A DNA stretch of 64,000 nt from Eledone cirrhosa (GCA_964016885.1 OZ024747.1:36766001-36830000); one strand, 5' to 3'; shown: positions 38,244-52,619, counted from the first letter of the stretch. Made by a program: numbers and translations. Notes: generated by a model from the sequence alone, not told the origin.

Positions 38244-38806
38244 TAATATTCGTTTGCGGAAAATCAGACAATTATAGAAAGTCTTAAAACAATGGAAGCT
38301 GCTGCAGTTGTTTTTGGACAAATATGCAAGAAAATAACCCCACAAGATCTGTTCAGCCGTATAAGATTGATTACCTGATTGGCCGTCACATGAGCTGTTC
38401 CAGGATCATGCTACTTGACCTATCATAGATTTGCCAGCACGGTGTTGAAGTTCATCAGTGTGTCATAATTATTTGTATTACGTTTCAGTGATGTTGTATT
38501 AGATGTATTTTCTCTTATATGAAAAATACATGATATCATAATCAATTATAGATTGTTATATTTCTTTTTTAATTTCTCTTCTTTTAGTATAATATAGCTT
38601 ATATTACTATACTCGACAGCGAATTTCAACTAGTCATGCCGGGTCGTTGAGAAGTCCATAGTAGTTTTTATTAACAATAGCGATAATTTTACTAATATCC
38701 TAGCTTTCAAAACAAAGGATAAAATAATAGAGTATCATAGTTATAATATTACAGATGAAAGAAGCGGCAGCGTATTCAAGAAAAAGGTTGAGTATTATTT
38801 ACTTAA

Positions 38807-39440
38807 GGCGGTGAATTTGCAGTATCGATAGAGGGTCGGACGCCATGCGTTCCCGCATAGTTACGTCCCTTTACGGTCTGAGTTCAAATCCTGTCGAGGT
38901 TAACTTTGCCTTTCATCCTTACGGGGTCGATAACATAAAGTACCAGTAATGGTGGCCTTGTGCCAAAAGTAGAAACAATTATTTACTTAAGTTAGACGGT
39001 GGATTGGAAGAATCAGTAGAGTGCCATCCAAAAAGCTTTATGGTATTTAATTACAAAATGTTAACGTTCTGAGTTCAATTCCTGCCGAGGTCAGCTTTGT
39101 CATTCCTCCTTACAGGGTCGATAAAGTAAAGCACCAGTTGTGCACTCGGGTCGATTTAACTGACTTGCCTATTACTCAAAATTATTGAACTCATGCCTAA
39201 ATCAGAAACTAATACTTACTTGCGTTATGCGTTAGATTGCCAGAAACGGTAGTGCGTCGGATACAATGCTTTGTAGCATAGGATACGGCCCTTTACGTTC
39301 TGAGTTCAAATCCCATCGAGGTTAAGTTTGTCTTTCATCCGGACGGGGTTGATAAAATAAAGTACTAGTATCTCACTAGGTTCCATGTAATCGACTCGCC
39401 CCACTCAATTTTTGGCCTTTTGCCTAAATCAGAAATTTAC
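38807..39440 (+). mobile_element. Three head-to-tail tRNA-derived SINEs
   Basis: B-boxes GAGTTCAA at ~38880, ~39071 and ~39302. The first copy is flanked by the direct repeat ATTATTTACTTAAG. Confidence 0.88.
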
Positions 39441-40354
39441 TTACGTTCCCGCACCTTGTTAGTTCAAAACCTGCCTGATCGAGTTTTCCTTACCTTTCTG
39501 AATTAATAACATGTATACAAGTTATGTACTTTCTTCTTCTTCTGTAAGCCTCTAGGCTTGAGACAGACAATAAACTTTTAGATACTATAGTGGTAGACAC
39601 GTCTGATGTTCTTGGTCCCCGAACAGTCTCCCTATTCACTGCTATAAGATGGAGTTGGTCACTCACAGGAATTAGCTCCACTAGATGGAATGGGTATTTC
39701 AACGCGTCGCATTCGCTATTCTACAGAGTAACACTTTCTCTGTTCTGCTGGTTGGGACCTAGAGATGTCTAGGTTTCTACTAACCAAAGAGCTTTTACCC
39801 ACATGTTTCTAGTTAGGTAGCGATAGCATAGACAGCTGATTTATATGCTTGCACACATATTTAGCTACACAAGCAGACCTAAGATGAGACATGTTCTAGC
39901 AGCAAGTATCAATTTTATCTGTCTCTGCCATTATCCACGTTTGATTTTATTTTTTACTTCGAAGTCGTAAAGTATATAAGTTATAATGTTTCTAGATTCA
40001 GAAGAGGCCTGTTTACCGGCATTTTCTTTGTTACACATATTCATATGTCGCATTTTGTGTACTATATTCTAGATGTAATTATGTACTTATTCTGCAGTAT
40101 TGTTCTTTAATTCACTTAGTGTCCAGTTTAGAATAATATAACTATAACATGCTACAAGAAAACGCATTATTGAAGCGGTTTACTTTGTATTTTATATTTA
40201 TTCCACCTAGGTATTAACCAGATTCTTTGATAAAATTATTCCCGAGTATATTCTTCAATTCTTTGCATTGTACTCTATCTAGTTCAATAATTCATAATAG
40301 GTTTTTATCTAATTACCGTAACTGTTTCTTTATCTAAAATGATATTAGCAGTGA

Positions 40355-40620
40355 TTAATAATGTTTATTTAAGTTTCTTTTGGTGCATTTTTCTAAACCA
40401 AATTTAATATCATTTATTCGAGTAAATTCATGTAATGTATGTGTGAGTGTCTCCATTCTTTTATTATTTTTATCGCATCGTAAAAAAGATGAATGATATA
40501 CAATATGAAGCTCATTTTCCTCCCTAAGCATCGGTATCCGTGTCGTGCATATCATGTAGAAAAGAAGTGGAAAAAGAGTATCCCTTAAATATCCCCATAA
40601 AATAAACAGTTTCGAATAAT
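40355..40620 (-). pseudogene. Highly degenerate non-LTR RT fragment (R4/NeSL-like)
   Basis: RDTLFPLLF ... IKFGLEKC resembles QGDSLS..LF ... MEFGQDKC at 51529-52537. Confidence 0.5.
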
Positions 40621-40624
40621 GATG

Positions 40625-41270
40625 TAAATCGGTGGGTTTGCAGCGCGGCATCTGGTGAGACAAATCCATGCCGTTCAAAACCGTTGTCGGATGCTGGACG
40701 AACGGGCCACTGAAATTACTCGGGGTCTGGTTCGGACTGGATGCAAACTGGAAAGTGATAACTAGCAGGGTGGCCACTCTTACCCAGAAATGGGCTGAAA
40801 GAAAGCTATCACGGAAAGGTCGGTGGAGGTGACGAACGAGTACATCGCATTCGTCATCTACTACCACCTGACCGTCGTGCCTTATTCCCGTTCGCACCTC
40901 ACCAAATCGGAATATCTTCTCTTCCACTTTTTGTGGAAGGGACAGGTTCCATTGCTGAGGTGGTCCATTTGCTGCCAGCACCCTCTACTTGGAGGGCTGA
41001 GCACGCCGTGGCAGCTGATGCGCAAGCACGAACTGACGCTACGTCATCTTCAAATATTTCTAAGCGGTGAACATGTGTGGTCGCCGTTTGTGTGACAGAT
41101 ATTTCCGCAGCTCAGTTAAAGAGATGAGCTGCGGAAAGGCTTGTCACACAGTCCTGGGACAAGAAGAGACAGAGATATCTCAAATCTTGCCAGGCGCACG
41201 TAGCCATCCACCAGGCGGGCAGAGCTACTCGGTGGCACTGCCGGTTCGAGATAAATTTTCCACCTTCTAT
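40625..41270 (+). mobile_element. Tx1/L1-like LINE ORF2 fragment
   Basis: Homologous (inverted) to ~42380-43170: LLGVWFG, TQKWAERKLS, YHLTVVP, FLWKG, GGL. Confidence 0.8.
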
Positions 41271-41639
41271 TATTAATTTTCTTTTGTTCGATATTTTCAA
41301 TGTCTGTGGTTATTCTTATCACGGATTTTACGCGAAAAATCCGAAACTGTATCGTCTTGTGCTGTCGATATTTTCTTCATGCCAGCTCAATGTGACTAGT
41401 AAAGAAATCATCACCCTCATCATCATCATATCATTATTTGGACAAGCAGATCTGGTAGAATGTCGCAAATCATGGTTATGTTCTGAGTTCAAATCCCGCT
41501 GAGGTTAACTTTACCTATCATCTTCGATAAATAGATTATCAATAACATAATGGGATCGATTTAATCGACTTTCTCCCCATCCCATATAAAATTGTTCATC
41601 TTGTGTCTAAATCAAACCATTATGATTACTACTACTAAT

Positions 41640-44600
41640 AATAATAATAATGATAATAATAATAATGGTTTCCTTATTGGCCACAAGGGCTAACACGAAG
41701 AAAAACATTAGACATTTCACAGAACGGTACAGGACGATACAAAATGGGTTTTGGTCGTGTAAACAAGTTATAACAAAATTGGGCTAGAAATCAAAAAAAT
41801 TCAAACAAAAATTCCCCCAAAAGGGGGAAACCTCCGAGGGTCACTCGTGGCGAAAACCACACAAAAAAGACCACGGCCACCCTTACCACCAGGGCAAGCA
41901 CTCTCTCGCAATTTTCCCACTCCTCAGTCTACAGGCGCATATTCAGAGCGGGCCCGTTCACTCGGACCAGACTCGCCACTTTCACCCACCTTTCAACAAA
42001 CTTACTAGAAGACAGCACTTGCCTCTCCACCCTGATTTTCTTCAAGTGAAATTTGAAAAATTAATCAGGGATTGGCCGGAGAGGAAAGTTTCCGTCTTCA
42101 ACCCTTTCAACCTTGTCCACCACACAATCTCTTTCGCCATGGCCACCAGGCAGAAGAAAACTGCCTGCCCTTCCTCGTCTATAAGGAGGATGGCACAGCT
42201 ATCTGCACAATGGAGTCAGTCGATAACCGGATCCGTCCTACACGCGTCAGCAGCTGTTCGACATAGCTCCACAAGTCAGAAATCCTCGGGCACTGAACGA
42301 GTGCGTGCAGGACGGTTTCGTCGCCCTGCGCGTATCTCGGACAGGCTCGGCTGACAGAACCTCCGTGCATGTAGAGCTTATCCCGAACCGGCAACGCTCC
42401 CCGGTAGCACTGCCAGGCCAGGGATTTTTGGAAGTTGTCCATAGGATCAGGGCTAAAAGTTCTCTTGAAGAAAGCAAACAGCTGATCGTCTTCGACGCCC
42501 AGGGTCTCCTCGAGAACGTCTTTGCTCTTGCCCACCACTAGACCTCTATCGAACGCCAGGGTAGATGTTCCATCGATACTAGTGCCCAGCTGGTAGAGGG
42601 CGATGAGCACTTGGAGACATTCCAGCTTCCAAGCGTTATCCCTCGGTGTTTTCCCGATCCAGGACTGCAGCTCCGTCAAGGAGACGAGCTGGGGAAGAGC
42701 ACGTCTGGCAAAAGGCGACCACACCTGTTCACCGTCAAGGAAGCACAAGAGCTGTCACAGCCTCAGCGCATGTTTGCGCATCATCAGCCATGGCATACCT
42801 CGTCCTCCACGCAACGGGTGTTGACAGCAAATGGATCGTCTGACCATGGGAGCACGTCCCTTCCACAAAAAGAGGAAGAGAAGGCGCTTCATTTTGGTCA
42901 GAACTGGGCGGGGACAAGGTACGACAGTCAGGCGGTAGCAGATGACGGACGCGATGTACGCATTCACCACCTCCGCCCTACCTTTCAGAGACAGCCTCCT
43001 CTTGGCCCATTTCTGGGTGAGTGAGGCCACACTGTTCCTCAACTCGGTCCAGTTTTGCTCCATCTAGAGGTCCAGACCAAACCAGACCCCGAGCATTTTA
43101 ACCGGTCCTTCCGTCCAGCGCTCCAGGACGCTGTCGGACGGCATGGATTTGCCTCTCCAGGAGCCGAGCTGCAAGCCCACCCGTTTTTCCTGGTTTATCT
43201 TTGCTCCTGTTACCGCTTTGCGTTCCTTGAGAGCGGTGCCGAGCAATTGAACGTATTTGATGCTCGGCACCACCACGGTTAGGTCGTCGGCGTAAGCTGC
43301 TCCCGCATCCCAGCTCGCGTGGGACCCCTCTCATCGTCTCCAATTTTTGCAGTAACGGTACGTGCAGTCTATCCCTCGTACAGTCAAACATCGCTTCCCG
43401 TATTTCACCTGCTGTTATCGGATTTTCGCAGCACTGCGATGCGATCGTCGAGAGCCGCGGCAGTCGGTCGAGGTATGCACTGAAGTCCATAATCCGATCC
43501 GGCCCGCTGCCGCTCACCGAACAATTGAGCAAAGTGCTTTTGAAAAGCCGCACACATCTGCTCGGGTTCGAGCAACATGCGCCCGATTTGATCAGGCAAA
43601 GACCGAATTGTGAACTTGTTGCTACGACGCGCCTCCAACACCCGGATCCATTGAACGGCTTTCGCCCCCTCGTGTCTTAGAGCACGTGCTCTAGCTCTGA
43701 CAACGTAGCCTTCATTCTTTGCGTTGACGAATTGGTCGAGTGCCAATCTCGCCGCAAGCACGTCGGTTGCGATGCCTGTCCCAAACGCCTCTTCTAGCTT
43801 TCTAACTAACTCTCCCTCTACTCTATTTTCCTCTATCACTACTCCTTTCCTAAACCTTATAGATTCTACTCTAATAGCCCTTTTCAGGGTAAACCACCAC
43901 CTGTTATTGGCGACCGCACCCGTCAACGCACACTTAACTAATTCGCTAATCCGGTCTCTGTAAGATTTGCGCGCCGGGAACGACGCGTTCAGCTCCCAGT
44001 AGCCGGGCCCTTGCCTATGGAGTCTACCTAAGTCAACTTCACAGACCACAAATTTGTGGTCCGTGTAGTCGACTACTTTAAATTGTGGACAACCTACACT
44101 AGCCTTATCTGTTTCCCTACAGAATACCCTATCTAAATACGATCTGGATACCCGATGCGGTTTGCCCATGTCCACGTTGGCACATTCGGATACTCCAGTC
44201 GATACCTGTCAGACAGTTCAAAACGTTTGAGCAGGTTGTTGAGGCTTTTACACTCTCCTGCCCTGTCTACTAGCCCCACATATTCCCAAAGTGCATCTAA
44301 GATACCGTTCCAGTCACCCACTAACACTAAAAAGCGGGACGTTCCAAGAAAGGTCTCTAGACGTCTGAAGAAATCTGGCCGTCCAGCACCTGTTGGGGGA
44401 TAGACGGCTACTAGCCTGAAAGCATTGCCTTCGCTGCCGGTCACGTCCAGGTCCACCGACTTACCTTCTAGGTCCAGGAAGATGGCATGTATGGCGAGAT
44501 CCAAGCCTCTCTGAAAAGCACAGCAACTCCGCCCCCGATCCTGGACGGCTGGGAGTAGCGAATACATCGTATCCGCCGAAGATCAGTGCGAAGGCTCGTG

Positions 44601-47000
44601 CTTCGAAGATTCTGGTTTCGCTGATGGCCACCACATCTATATTTAGTGACCTGCGGTCGTTGAGCAGGTGACCCTGCTTCCAAGATGACCCCAGGACACG
44701 TACATTTATACTGCCTACTCTCACTACGGCCTTGTTGGATGAGAAACGGGGTAAGTGAGAAAGGATCACTTACCTTGATAGTGTGGGGAAGGGACAGTAG
44801 AACCGTCCTTTTGGCTGGTCATGGGTGTTTCCAAGATGATGTCGGTGTATATCCTCTGGGTAACCGACCCTCTGAAGTCTACAACAACGTTGGGGAATTT
44901 TTCTTTTAAAAAGTTTATAATTGTTTCTACTTTTGGCACAAGGCCAGCAATTATCCAGTACATTACTGGTACTTTATTTTATCGACCCCGTAAGGATGAA
45001 AGGCAAAGTTAACCTCGGCGGGATTTGAACTCAGATCATAAAGGGCCGTAACTCTTTGCTGCAAAGCATGGCGTCCGCCCCTCTACCGATACTGCCAATC
45101 TACTGCCCTTTTAAAAGTTTATAATGTTCTATTTTAATTTCAATGATGTTTCTATTTTTCGGGAGAGTTCTTGGTGTTGGTGGGGTGTAGATATTTTTTT
45201 CTGTGATGTCTGTGTGCTGCTTTATATGTTGTAAGAGTTCTTTATTTGCCATGTTTATGGCTGTGTACTTTTTGGGGGGAGGGGTGGTTTTGTTGCTGTT
45301 TTCTTGTTTTTGCTGTTGGGTGTGGTTGCTTTGCTGTGTTTGCGATGTTGGTGTTTTTTGCGATACTGGTGGTGGCGTGGTTGTTGTTGGTGGTAATGGT
45401 GATGATGCTGGTGGCGGTGTGGTTGTTGTAGGTGGTGATGCTTGTGGTGGTGGTGGTGATGATGATGGTGGTGGTGTTGCTGCAAGTCTCCTTGCGGCCT
45501 TTACCCCTTTTTGTTTGCCTTCGCTTTTGGAGGATGAAGCTAATGGTTTTTTTTCTTTTATGTGGCAAACTATTTGCCACTTCCCTACTGCCTCATACCC
45601 CGTGTCGGATTCCGTGGCGTCAGGGAGGGGCATGATCTCCACTGCTGTTGGTTGTGGTAATGGAGCCCTCTCCAGCGATTTTGCCGCCGGTGTAGCTACT
45701 GCGACTGTTGGTGTTGCCGCCACTGCAGCCGGTGTTTTAGTTGTCCGTGGCCTTGGTATGGGTGCCACGGACGTTGCCCTCCTTCTCACCATGGAAGGTT
45801 CTTCTGCCTCTGTTGCCTGCTCTGCTCTTGGTAGTAGCGGATCAGGCGTCGGATGGATGGCGTCCTCTTCTTGGCTGTCTTCTGCGGGAAGAAGGCCCTG
45901 AGGAGACCCTTCTGCCCACAGAGATAGCACTTTGAGCGCCTTCTTTCCACGCTTATAGGGAGTTGCAGTCCTTCCTCGTGGTCTATGATATCTGGCAGGG
46001 TCTCGATGCAATCCTCGTCAGTTTGTATGCCTATTCCTGACCGGTTCTCTCTTCCCATGTTCTGTATTTGGAGTATCGTAGTCTTCTCCTCGATTCCAGC
46101 AAGGACAGAGGCGGCCAGCCAAGGTATGGGCACGTCGGGCGGGACCTGGGTCACTTTGACCATCACAATTTTCTGCCCGCAGTAGGAGGGCACCAAGACT
46201 ATCTCCTCAATGTTTAGGGTTTCCAAAGAGTGAGACTTCGCCTCTTGGGTGGTGGCGAAAAGTACGTCTACGGTGGCGTACTTTTTGCTTCGGGTGATGT
46301 GGGGTTTGGTGGAGGTTTCAGAGAAACTCTATTGTCATTTCTTGTCACCATGCTCTTGCGACTGCCATCTCCTCCTCCGTGACTAGCACTGTCTCTATAT
46401 TTCGGGCCGCACCTGCGAGAGAAATAGCCCCTTTTTCAGCGTCACCATTATTGTTGCCGCTACTGCTGCTACTGGTCCTATTGTTGGTGCTGTTGCTACT
46501 GCTATAAACTGTCTTTTTGGTGTTGTTGTTGTTATCACTGTTGTAGTTGGTTGTGTTTTTGGTGCCACCGTTGTTGTTGTTTTCGGTGCAATTTGTATTG
46601 TTGCTGTTGGTGTCGTCGTTCTTTATTATCTTGTTAGTGGTGTTAATATCGTTGTTGCATTTGTTGTCATTTTTTTCTGTTGTCTGTATTTTGGTTGTCG
46701 CTGTTATTGTTGTAGGTGGTGTGGTAATCTTTTCAACATTAGTGTTCTCAGTGTTGATGTCTTTGTTCACGTTGTTTGTGGTGGTGTTTGTTGTATCAAT
46801 TTTTGTAACCCCCCTCTCAACTTTTACGCCGTTGTCACACGACAGCAGAAATATTGCTGGGGGGCGTGTTTTTTTTATTTTTAAAAGTATTATGTTCAAA
46901 AGGCCTAAATATTATATTTTCCCCTCCACAGGGCAAAGTCTAAGGCCTTATATCCCTTACACAACAAGAAGAATTTAACAACAATTAATTATAACAGGCA
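41640..47000 (-). mobile_element. Degenerate Tx1/L1-clade LINE (ORF1 + APE/RT ORF2 with central RT deletion) with (ATT)n tail
   Basis: ORF1 with knuckle remnant CYLCGQKG.LRAF.P. APE motifs GSINVR, AISET, AVYPP, LVGDWN, TWTW, YLDR, TDH, GYW.LN. AYADDLT at ~43290. C-terminal CPR..GDETVLHALVQC. Many frameshifts. Confidence 0.9.
44920..45108 (-). mobile_element. SINE inserted in LINE ORF1 with TSD
   Basis: Flanked by TTTTAAAA(A)GTTTATAAT on both sides. Confidence 0.88.
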
Positions 47001-47339
47001 AATAAAGCGACTTACTGGGAGCGAGCAAAAAGACGTCCGAACAGACCAATAATAATAATGTCCGAACAACCAATAATAATCTCCTATATCTCGGCCGCAA
47101 GGGCCGAGATGTAGGAGACAATACAAAGACACGGACAGTGCACGAGTAAAAGTGCACAATGGCAAGGCTAAATTAACAATGAAGATATAAAAATATAAAA
47201 TAAACTATGCATAAATATACCAAAATAAATTCCCCAATAGGGGGTGGACTATCCAGGTGTGACTCAGGTACCGCACCAATCCTGAACTACCCTGCGAGTC
47301 TAGGGCCCCCGCGATAGCATCCCTCTCCTCCTCAAATTA

Positions 47340-48445
47340 ACCAGCCTGTAGGCGCATGGTCAGAGTAGGCCCACTCACACGGGCCATTCTCGCCATATTC
47401 ATCCACATTTCAGCAAATGTACGGGGGGGGCAGCACTTCTCTCTCCAACCTCACCTTCCTTTTCCAGGTGAAACTTGAAGAAGTTGATAAGGGAAAAGTG
47501 ATGAGCAAAAAGCGTCTGTCTTCTGTACTTTCAATCTGGTCCACCATACAACCTCTTTCGCAACTTCTACCAGACAGAGGAAAATTGCCTGCCCTTCCTT
47601 GCCAAAGGAAAGCGGCGGGTCGATCTTCACTATGGACTCGGCTGATAGCCGGATCCGTTCTACACGCGACAACAGCTGTTCCACATAACTCCACAAGTCA
47701 GTAATGTACGGACATTGGACAAATGCTTGCAGAACGGTTCGTCGATCTGGGCGCATCTCGGGCATATCCATCTGACAGCACTTCCGTATCTGTAGAGTTC
47801 ATTTCGAACTCTACGCTCCTATCAGCTACTCCCACACAACCCCACGGTGCGTCTAAGATGCCGTTCCACTCCCTCCGCTAACAGTAATAATAATAATAGA
47901 AAGGAGCTCCCCCTCCTTTCTATTTTTCTCAAACGCTACTTCTTTGCTAAACCCTATCGACATAACTCTAATCTCTCTTTTGAGAGTGCCCACCATCTGT
48001 TATTGTCGACCGCCCCTGTCAACATTTGCTTAACTAAATTGTTGACCCGGTCCCTGTAAGCCTTACGTGTCGGAAATGACAGGTTCAGCTTCCAGTAACC
48101 AGGTCCTAACCGACGCGTTTTATCTAAGTCGACCATACAGATCACAAATTTGTGATCTGAATAGGCGACGTTTGAAAAAGTTGGCAGCCTACACTATTTC
48201 TATATATTTTCCTAATGAATATCCTGTCTATATATGATCTAGATGACCCTATGCGGTTGGTCCACGTCCACACTGGCGCATTGGGAAATCTAGTCGGTAC
48301 CTTGCCAGACAGTTGGAACTGGCTGATTAGGTGGTTGAGGTTTTTGCATCCCCACGCTCCTATCAGCTACTCCCACACAATCCCAACGTAAGTCTAAGGT
48401 GCTGTTCCAGTCCCCCACTAACAGTAATAATAATAATAATAATAA
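47340..48445 (-). mobile_element. Rearranged fragments of a related Tx1/L1-like LINE
   Basis: ORF2 C-terminus (VLQAFVQCP..DLWSYVEQLL) and APE end (PGYWKLNLSF). An ~85-bp block is duplicated at ~47812 and ~48353. Confidence 0.8.
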
Positions 48446-50321
48446 TACATTACTAGAAACTAATACCAGTTGTGTAATTGGGTTGATTTAATCGACTACC
48501 ACTTTCTTTAAATCTATGGCTCGCTGCTTATGCTAGAGATTATTATTGCTAATGTTATTACTATTGTGGTTATTATGTTGCAACATTAATACTACTTCTT
48601 GTTATTTGCACTTTTCTTGTTGATAATGTTATTGTCATTGTTATCGATTTTCATGTAATAGCGGTACCAGCATTATGTAAATGGTTTCTTCTACGATATC
48701 AAAGACTGCAACAAACTGATTGATTGCCTGCGTGACATTATATAGTTACACGATCTATTTAAATCTTATTAACCTAACAAGTCCACTACTAATGGCACCA
48801 GCAACACTGCCACCGATACTATCACGGCTGCAACTACTAGCTTCATAAAGCATAGAAAAAAGAACAAAGGATAACAAACAGTGATAACAATAGGAAAATC
48901 TTGCTATTGAAGAAGTCAATATTCTAGAGAGAATTAATAACAGAACCATGTTAGTAGACAAGTGAAGGCGCCGTACTTCATACAGTCTACTATATAGATT
49001 CACCTCTATACATTCTAGCTTTTCTAATAGGAGTTAAAAGAGTTCAACTCCTGCTAGTACCAATGTAACCTTTTATCATCGGAAGTTGGCTCAAATTACA
49101 TTAGCTTTACAAAGAGAGTAAACACCACCAGAGTAGTCGCATGCTTCTGAAAAATATGAATTTCTCAGTAACAGAATTTGCAATATTGATAGAAAATGCA
49201 GTATCAACAAAATCACCACTACCGCCCCTACAAACAACGAGAGATCTCTCAAAACGACAAATAATTCTGCTTAGAACTGAAAAATATCCCTCAAACGCCA
49301 ATGTACTGACTGAAAAAAAAGACTAGATTAGCACGACTGGATCACATTTAGCCATATATATATTCGATCAGTACAGGCATAGAAGCAGAATAGCAACACA
49401 AACAGACCTGTCAACTCTGCCCGTCCTTCGGGGAGATCTCACACCCACTTTGGGCTTGGTGAGAGATGTCTTCTCTTGTGAAAATGGGTATCACTTTCAT
49501 TATGTAAAATCTCATTCCTCCCCGTTTTGGGGCATTTTTTTCATTGTACTCCCAGTTCGGGTTATTAGAGATTAGCAGGTCTGTAGAGATCAGACATATC
49601 TACGTGATATGTCAATCGGCTAAAGAAAAGAGAAGATAGTGCACATCAGATGAGGAAGTCTTACATGTAAATTTTGGAAAGAAAGTAGGGAAATTCACAG
49701 ACGGCTTAACTTTGAATATAAGTATATTTCATCAAGCTTGACCTGAAACTAAACATCAAACGGTGAACTTATTTGAAAAATGTTACCTTGTTGAAATATT
49801 GTCTTATGTGGAATAATATCCACATAGCACACAGAATTCTAATAACCATTACAATAATTACAGTGCAGTTCGCCACATCTATACACAATTACATTACAGT
49901 ACACTGCAACACATATTGGCCTAATTACGTTACACTCCACTACAACACACATAAGCACAATAAAATTAAGTACACTGCATCTAAGCCTTGCATTATTAAT
50001 TACACTATAGGACTGAAACACGGTTTTAGAAAATTAGTGTACTATACAACATTACATCGTTACACAATTGTATTATGTTGCGCTGCAGTCCATCTTTACA
50101 CATTTCCACAAGTGTACACTACATCATCACACCATTTTCTTGCAGTTTCACTACGTTACGAAATAATTTTACTAAACGATACTTCACTAAAAATACTAAC
50201 ATGCGTTATGGCTGTAAATATTTTCAATAAGAATCAATTTTGTAAAATAACCGAGTAAATTGTCGAATTGTTGATAATCCTTATACTAACAACTACGGCA
50301 TTATGTATGTATGTATGTATG

Positions 50322-52536
50322 TTCTTCTGGTTTTATAATTTCACAAAGTTTTACCAACAGAGAGAGAGTCGGTTTCTAACATAGACACAAGACTCTCTCA
50401 TTGGAATTTACACAACATCAACTAGGTAGATATGTATGTCTGCATGCATGCATGTGTGGATGTGGATGTTTTGAGTTGTATGTGTGCATGTGTATATGCT
50501 TTGTATCTGTACATGTGTATATGCAGTTATTAGATGCAAAATATTTGGAATGTTTTACATATTTTTACTGTTCCATTAATGGATTGTACTTGTAATTTCT
50601 TAACTAGTCGTGTTCTTTCTGCTTCTGTGAAGCCCAGCTTCTCAAGATTTGTATTGAGGCAGTTACTAACATATCCCAGTGCCCCAATAATCACAGGCAT
50701 AAATCTGAAGGTGTAATCAGGGTGGAGTATCTGCAGATTTCTCATCAGTTCTGCATAAATATTCTCCTTTTCACTAATCTTTGATATTATATTGGCATCT
50801 GCTGGGCAGCTAATTTCCACTACTGTGCATGTTTTCTTCTCCCTGACCCATATCATAATATCTGGTCTGTTATGCCTGCATTTTATTGGGGTTTTACTGG
50901 AACATTCCACCAGTACCCTTTTATATTATGTACATGGATGTCTTCCACATTGTTGTAGCGTTTAATCTGATTATTATCGGGTCTATCTTGTTTACGAACT
51001 GCATTGTAAGGTGTTTTGGCCACTACATCATGCCTCATAGGTAGATAGTACCGCGATGACATCTTTGGGCAGCTGCTGATGACATGCGTGATATCCTCGA
51101 TGTTAGTTCTGCAGAGTCTGCACTTGTTATCACATCTAGGTGTTTTGCCTGCAACCCTATCTCTTTTGTGAATCAGGTATTTCGTGCTAATCTCCTGTTC
51201 TTGGATTGCAAAAGTGTATCCTTCAAAGTGAGAGCCAATATAGTGGTTGTTGGTCCAAGATAGACTACTTTCCTTATCTATATTACTATCACTCTGGAGC
51301 TTCCTGGCAACATATCCATGCATGACTTTTTGCTGATAGGCTTGCAGTTTTTCATCCATGGATTCACTGCGATACTGCTGAGCGACATCCCTGGGTGTGA
51401 GTTTTTGATTATCGCACAAGGGAATATCTCTCAAGGAGTTCCTTCCCAACTCTCATGATCTTATCTGTTTCATGCAGATAGACTTGCTCGAGAAGCGGGC
51501 TCCTACGCTTCAAGGTTTGTAGATGTTATCAGAGAGATATGATGTGACATTCAAATGTTGTTTGGACTGATGTTAAGCCTCTGCCTCCCTGCTTACGTTT
51601 CAAGTATAGGCGGTCTATGTCACTGTTGATGTGGAAGTTTCCGGTGTTGTTCAGTATTTTTCGAGTTCCAACATCAACTGCTCGGATTTCGTCTATCGTC
51701 CAATTGAGTATTCCAAACGTTGGTGTTAGGACAGGCACAGCAAACACGTTGTGAGCCACTCTTTTGTTTTGCGCAGAGAGTTCCGATGACCAGATCTTTC
51801 TTAAACGGGTGTAGTATTCCCTGGTTACGTGTTCTTTATTACAGATACCATTATAGGATATGTTCTCATCTATCCCCAGGTATCTGTAGCAGTCCTCATC
51901 AGATATCGGTGAAACAGTTAGACCATTGATGACAATGTTGCTAGATTGGGTTGTTGTTTTTCCCCGCTTTACAGTCATGTTTGAGCATTTATCTTGGCCA
52001 AACTCCATTCCTATATCCTTTGAGAACGTTGTAACCAGGTCATCAAGATTTTTCCTCATCCCATCCATGTTCTTGGCATAGAGTTTCAGATCGTCCACAA
52101 AGAAGTTATGGGTTAGGTTCGTATTTCTGTCCTCCTGTGAGCCAATGATGTATCCCTCACATTTATTGAGCAGAAAGGACAAGGGGTTTAATGACAAGAT
52201 GAACAATATCACAGAGAGACTGTCCCCCTGAAATATACCCCTGCAATATTTTATTTTATCAGTGAAAATAGAGTCCTCCCTCTCTGTCTTTAACCTTAGG
52301 ATAGTAGCCCAAGAAGAAGACAGCCTCTCTATGGCTCTGACAATAATGTCTGGGACTTTAGCAAGTTGGAGGGCCTCTATCATCCAAGAGTGGGGAACAG
52401 AATCGAAAGCTTTCTTGTAGTCCAGCCAGACTGTAGTCATATTCCTCCTAAGTTGTCGCACCTCCGACATCGTAGTTTTGTTGATTAGGAGTTGTTCAGC
52501 ACATCCCCAAACCCTTTTCTTTCCAGCTGCTTGTTC

Positions 52537-52537
<1 letters not shown>
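50322..52537 (-). mobile_element. 5'-truncated RLE-type non-LTR retrotransposon (R4/Dong-like)
   Basis: WLDYKKAFDSVPH, GIFQGDSLS, FVDDLKL, YRYLG, GGRGL, CCHC finger CRLC....EDITHVISSC, RHD, RPDI..VVEISCP...EK..Y. (TATG)n on both flanks. Confidence 0.9.
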
Positions 52538-52567
<30 letters not shown>

Positions 52568-52619
52568 TGTATGTATGTATGTATGTATGTATGTATGTCA
52601 ATAATATGAGATAATTGAC

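Noticed and set aside
39490-39702. Possible host exon ending at a minus-strand GTAAG donor
   Set aside because: No homology, partner exons or acceptor evidence
45203-45901. 232-aa plus-strand ORF and the poly-His ORF at 45255-45485
   Set aside because: Antisense or alternate frames of the low-complexity LINE ORF1 region
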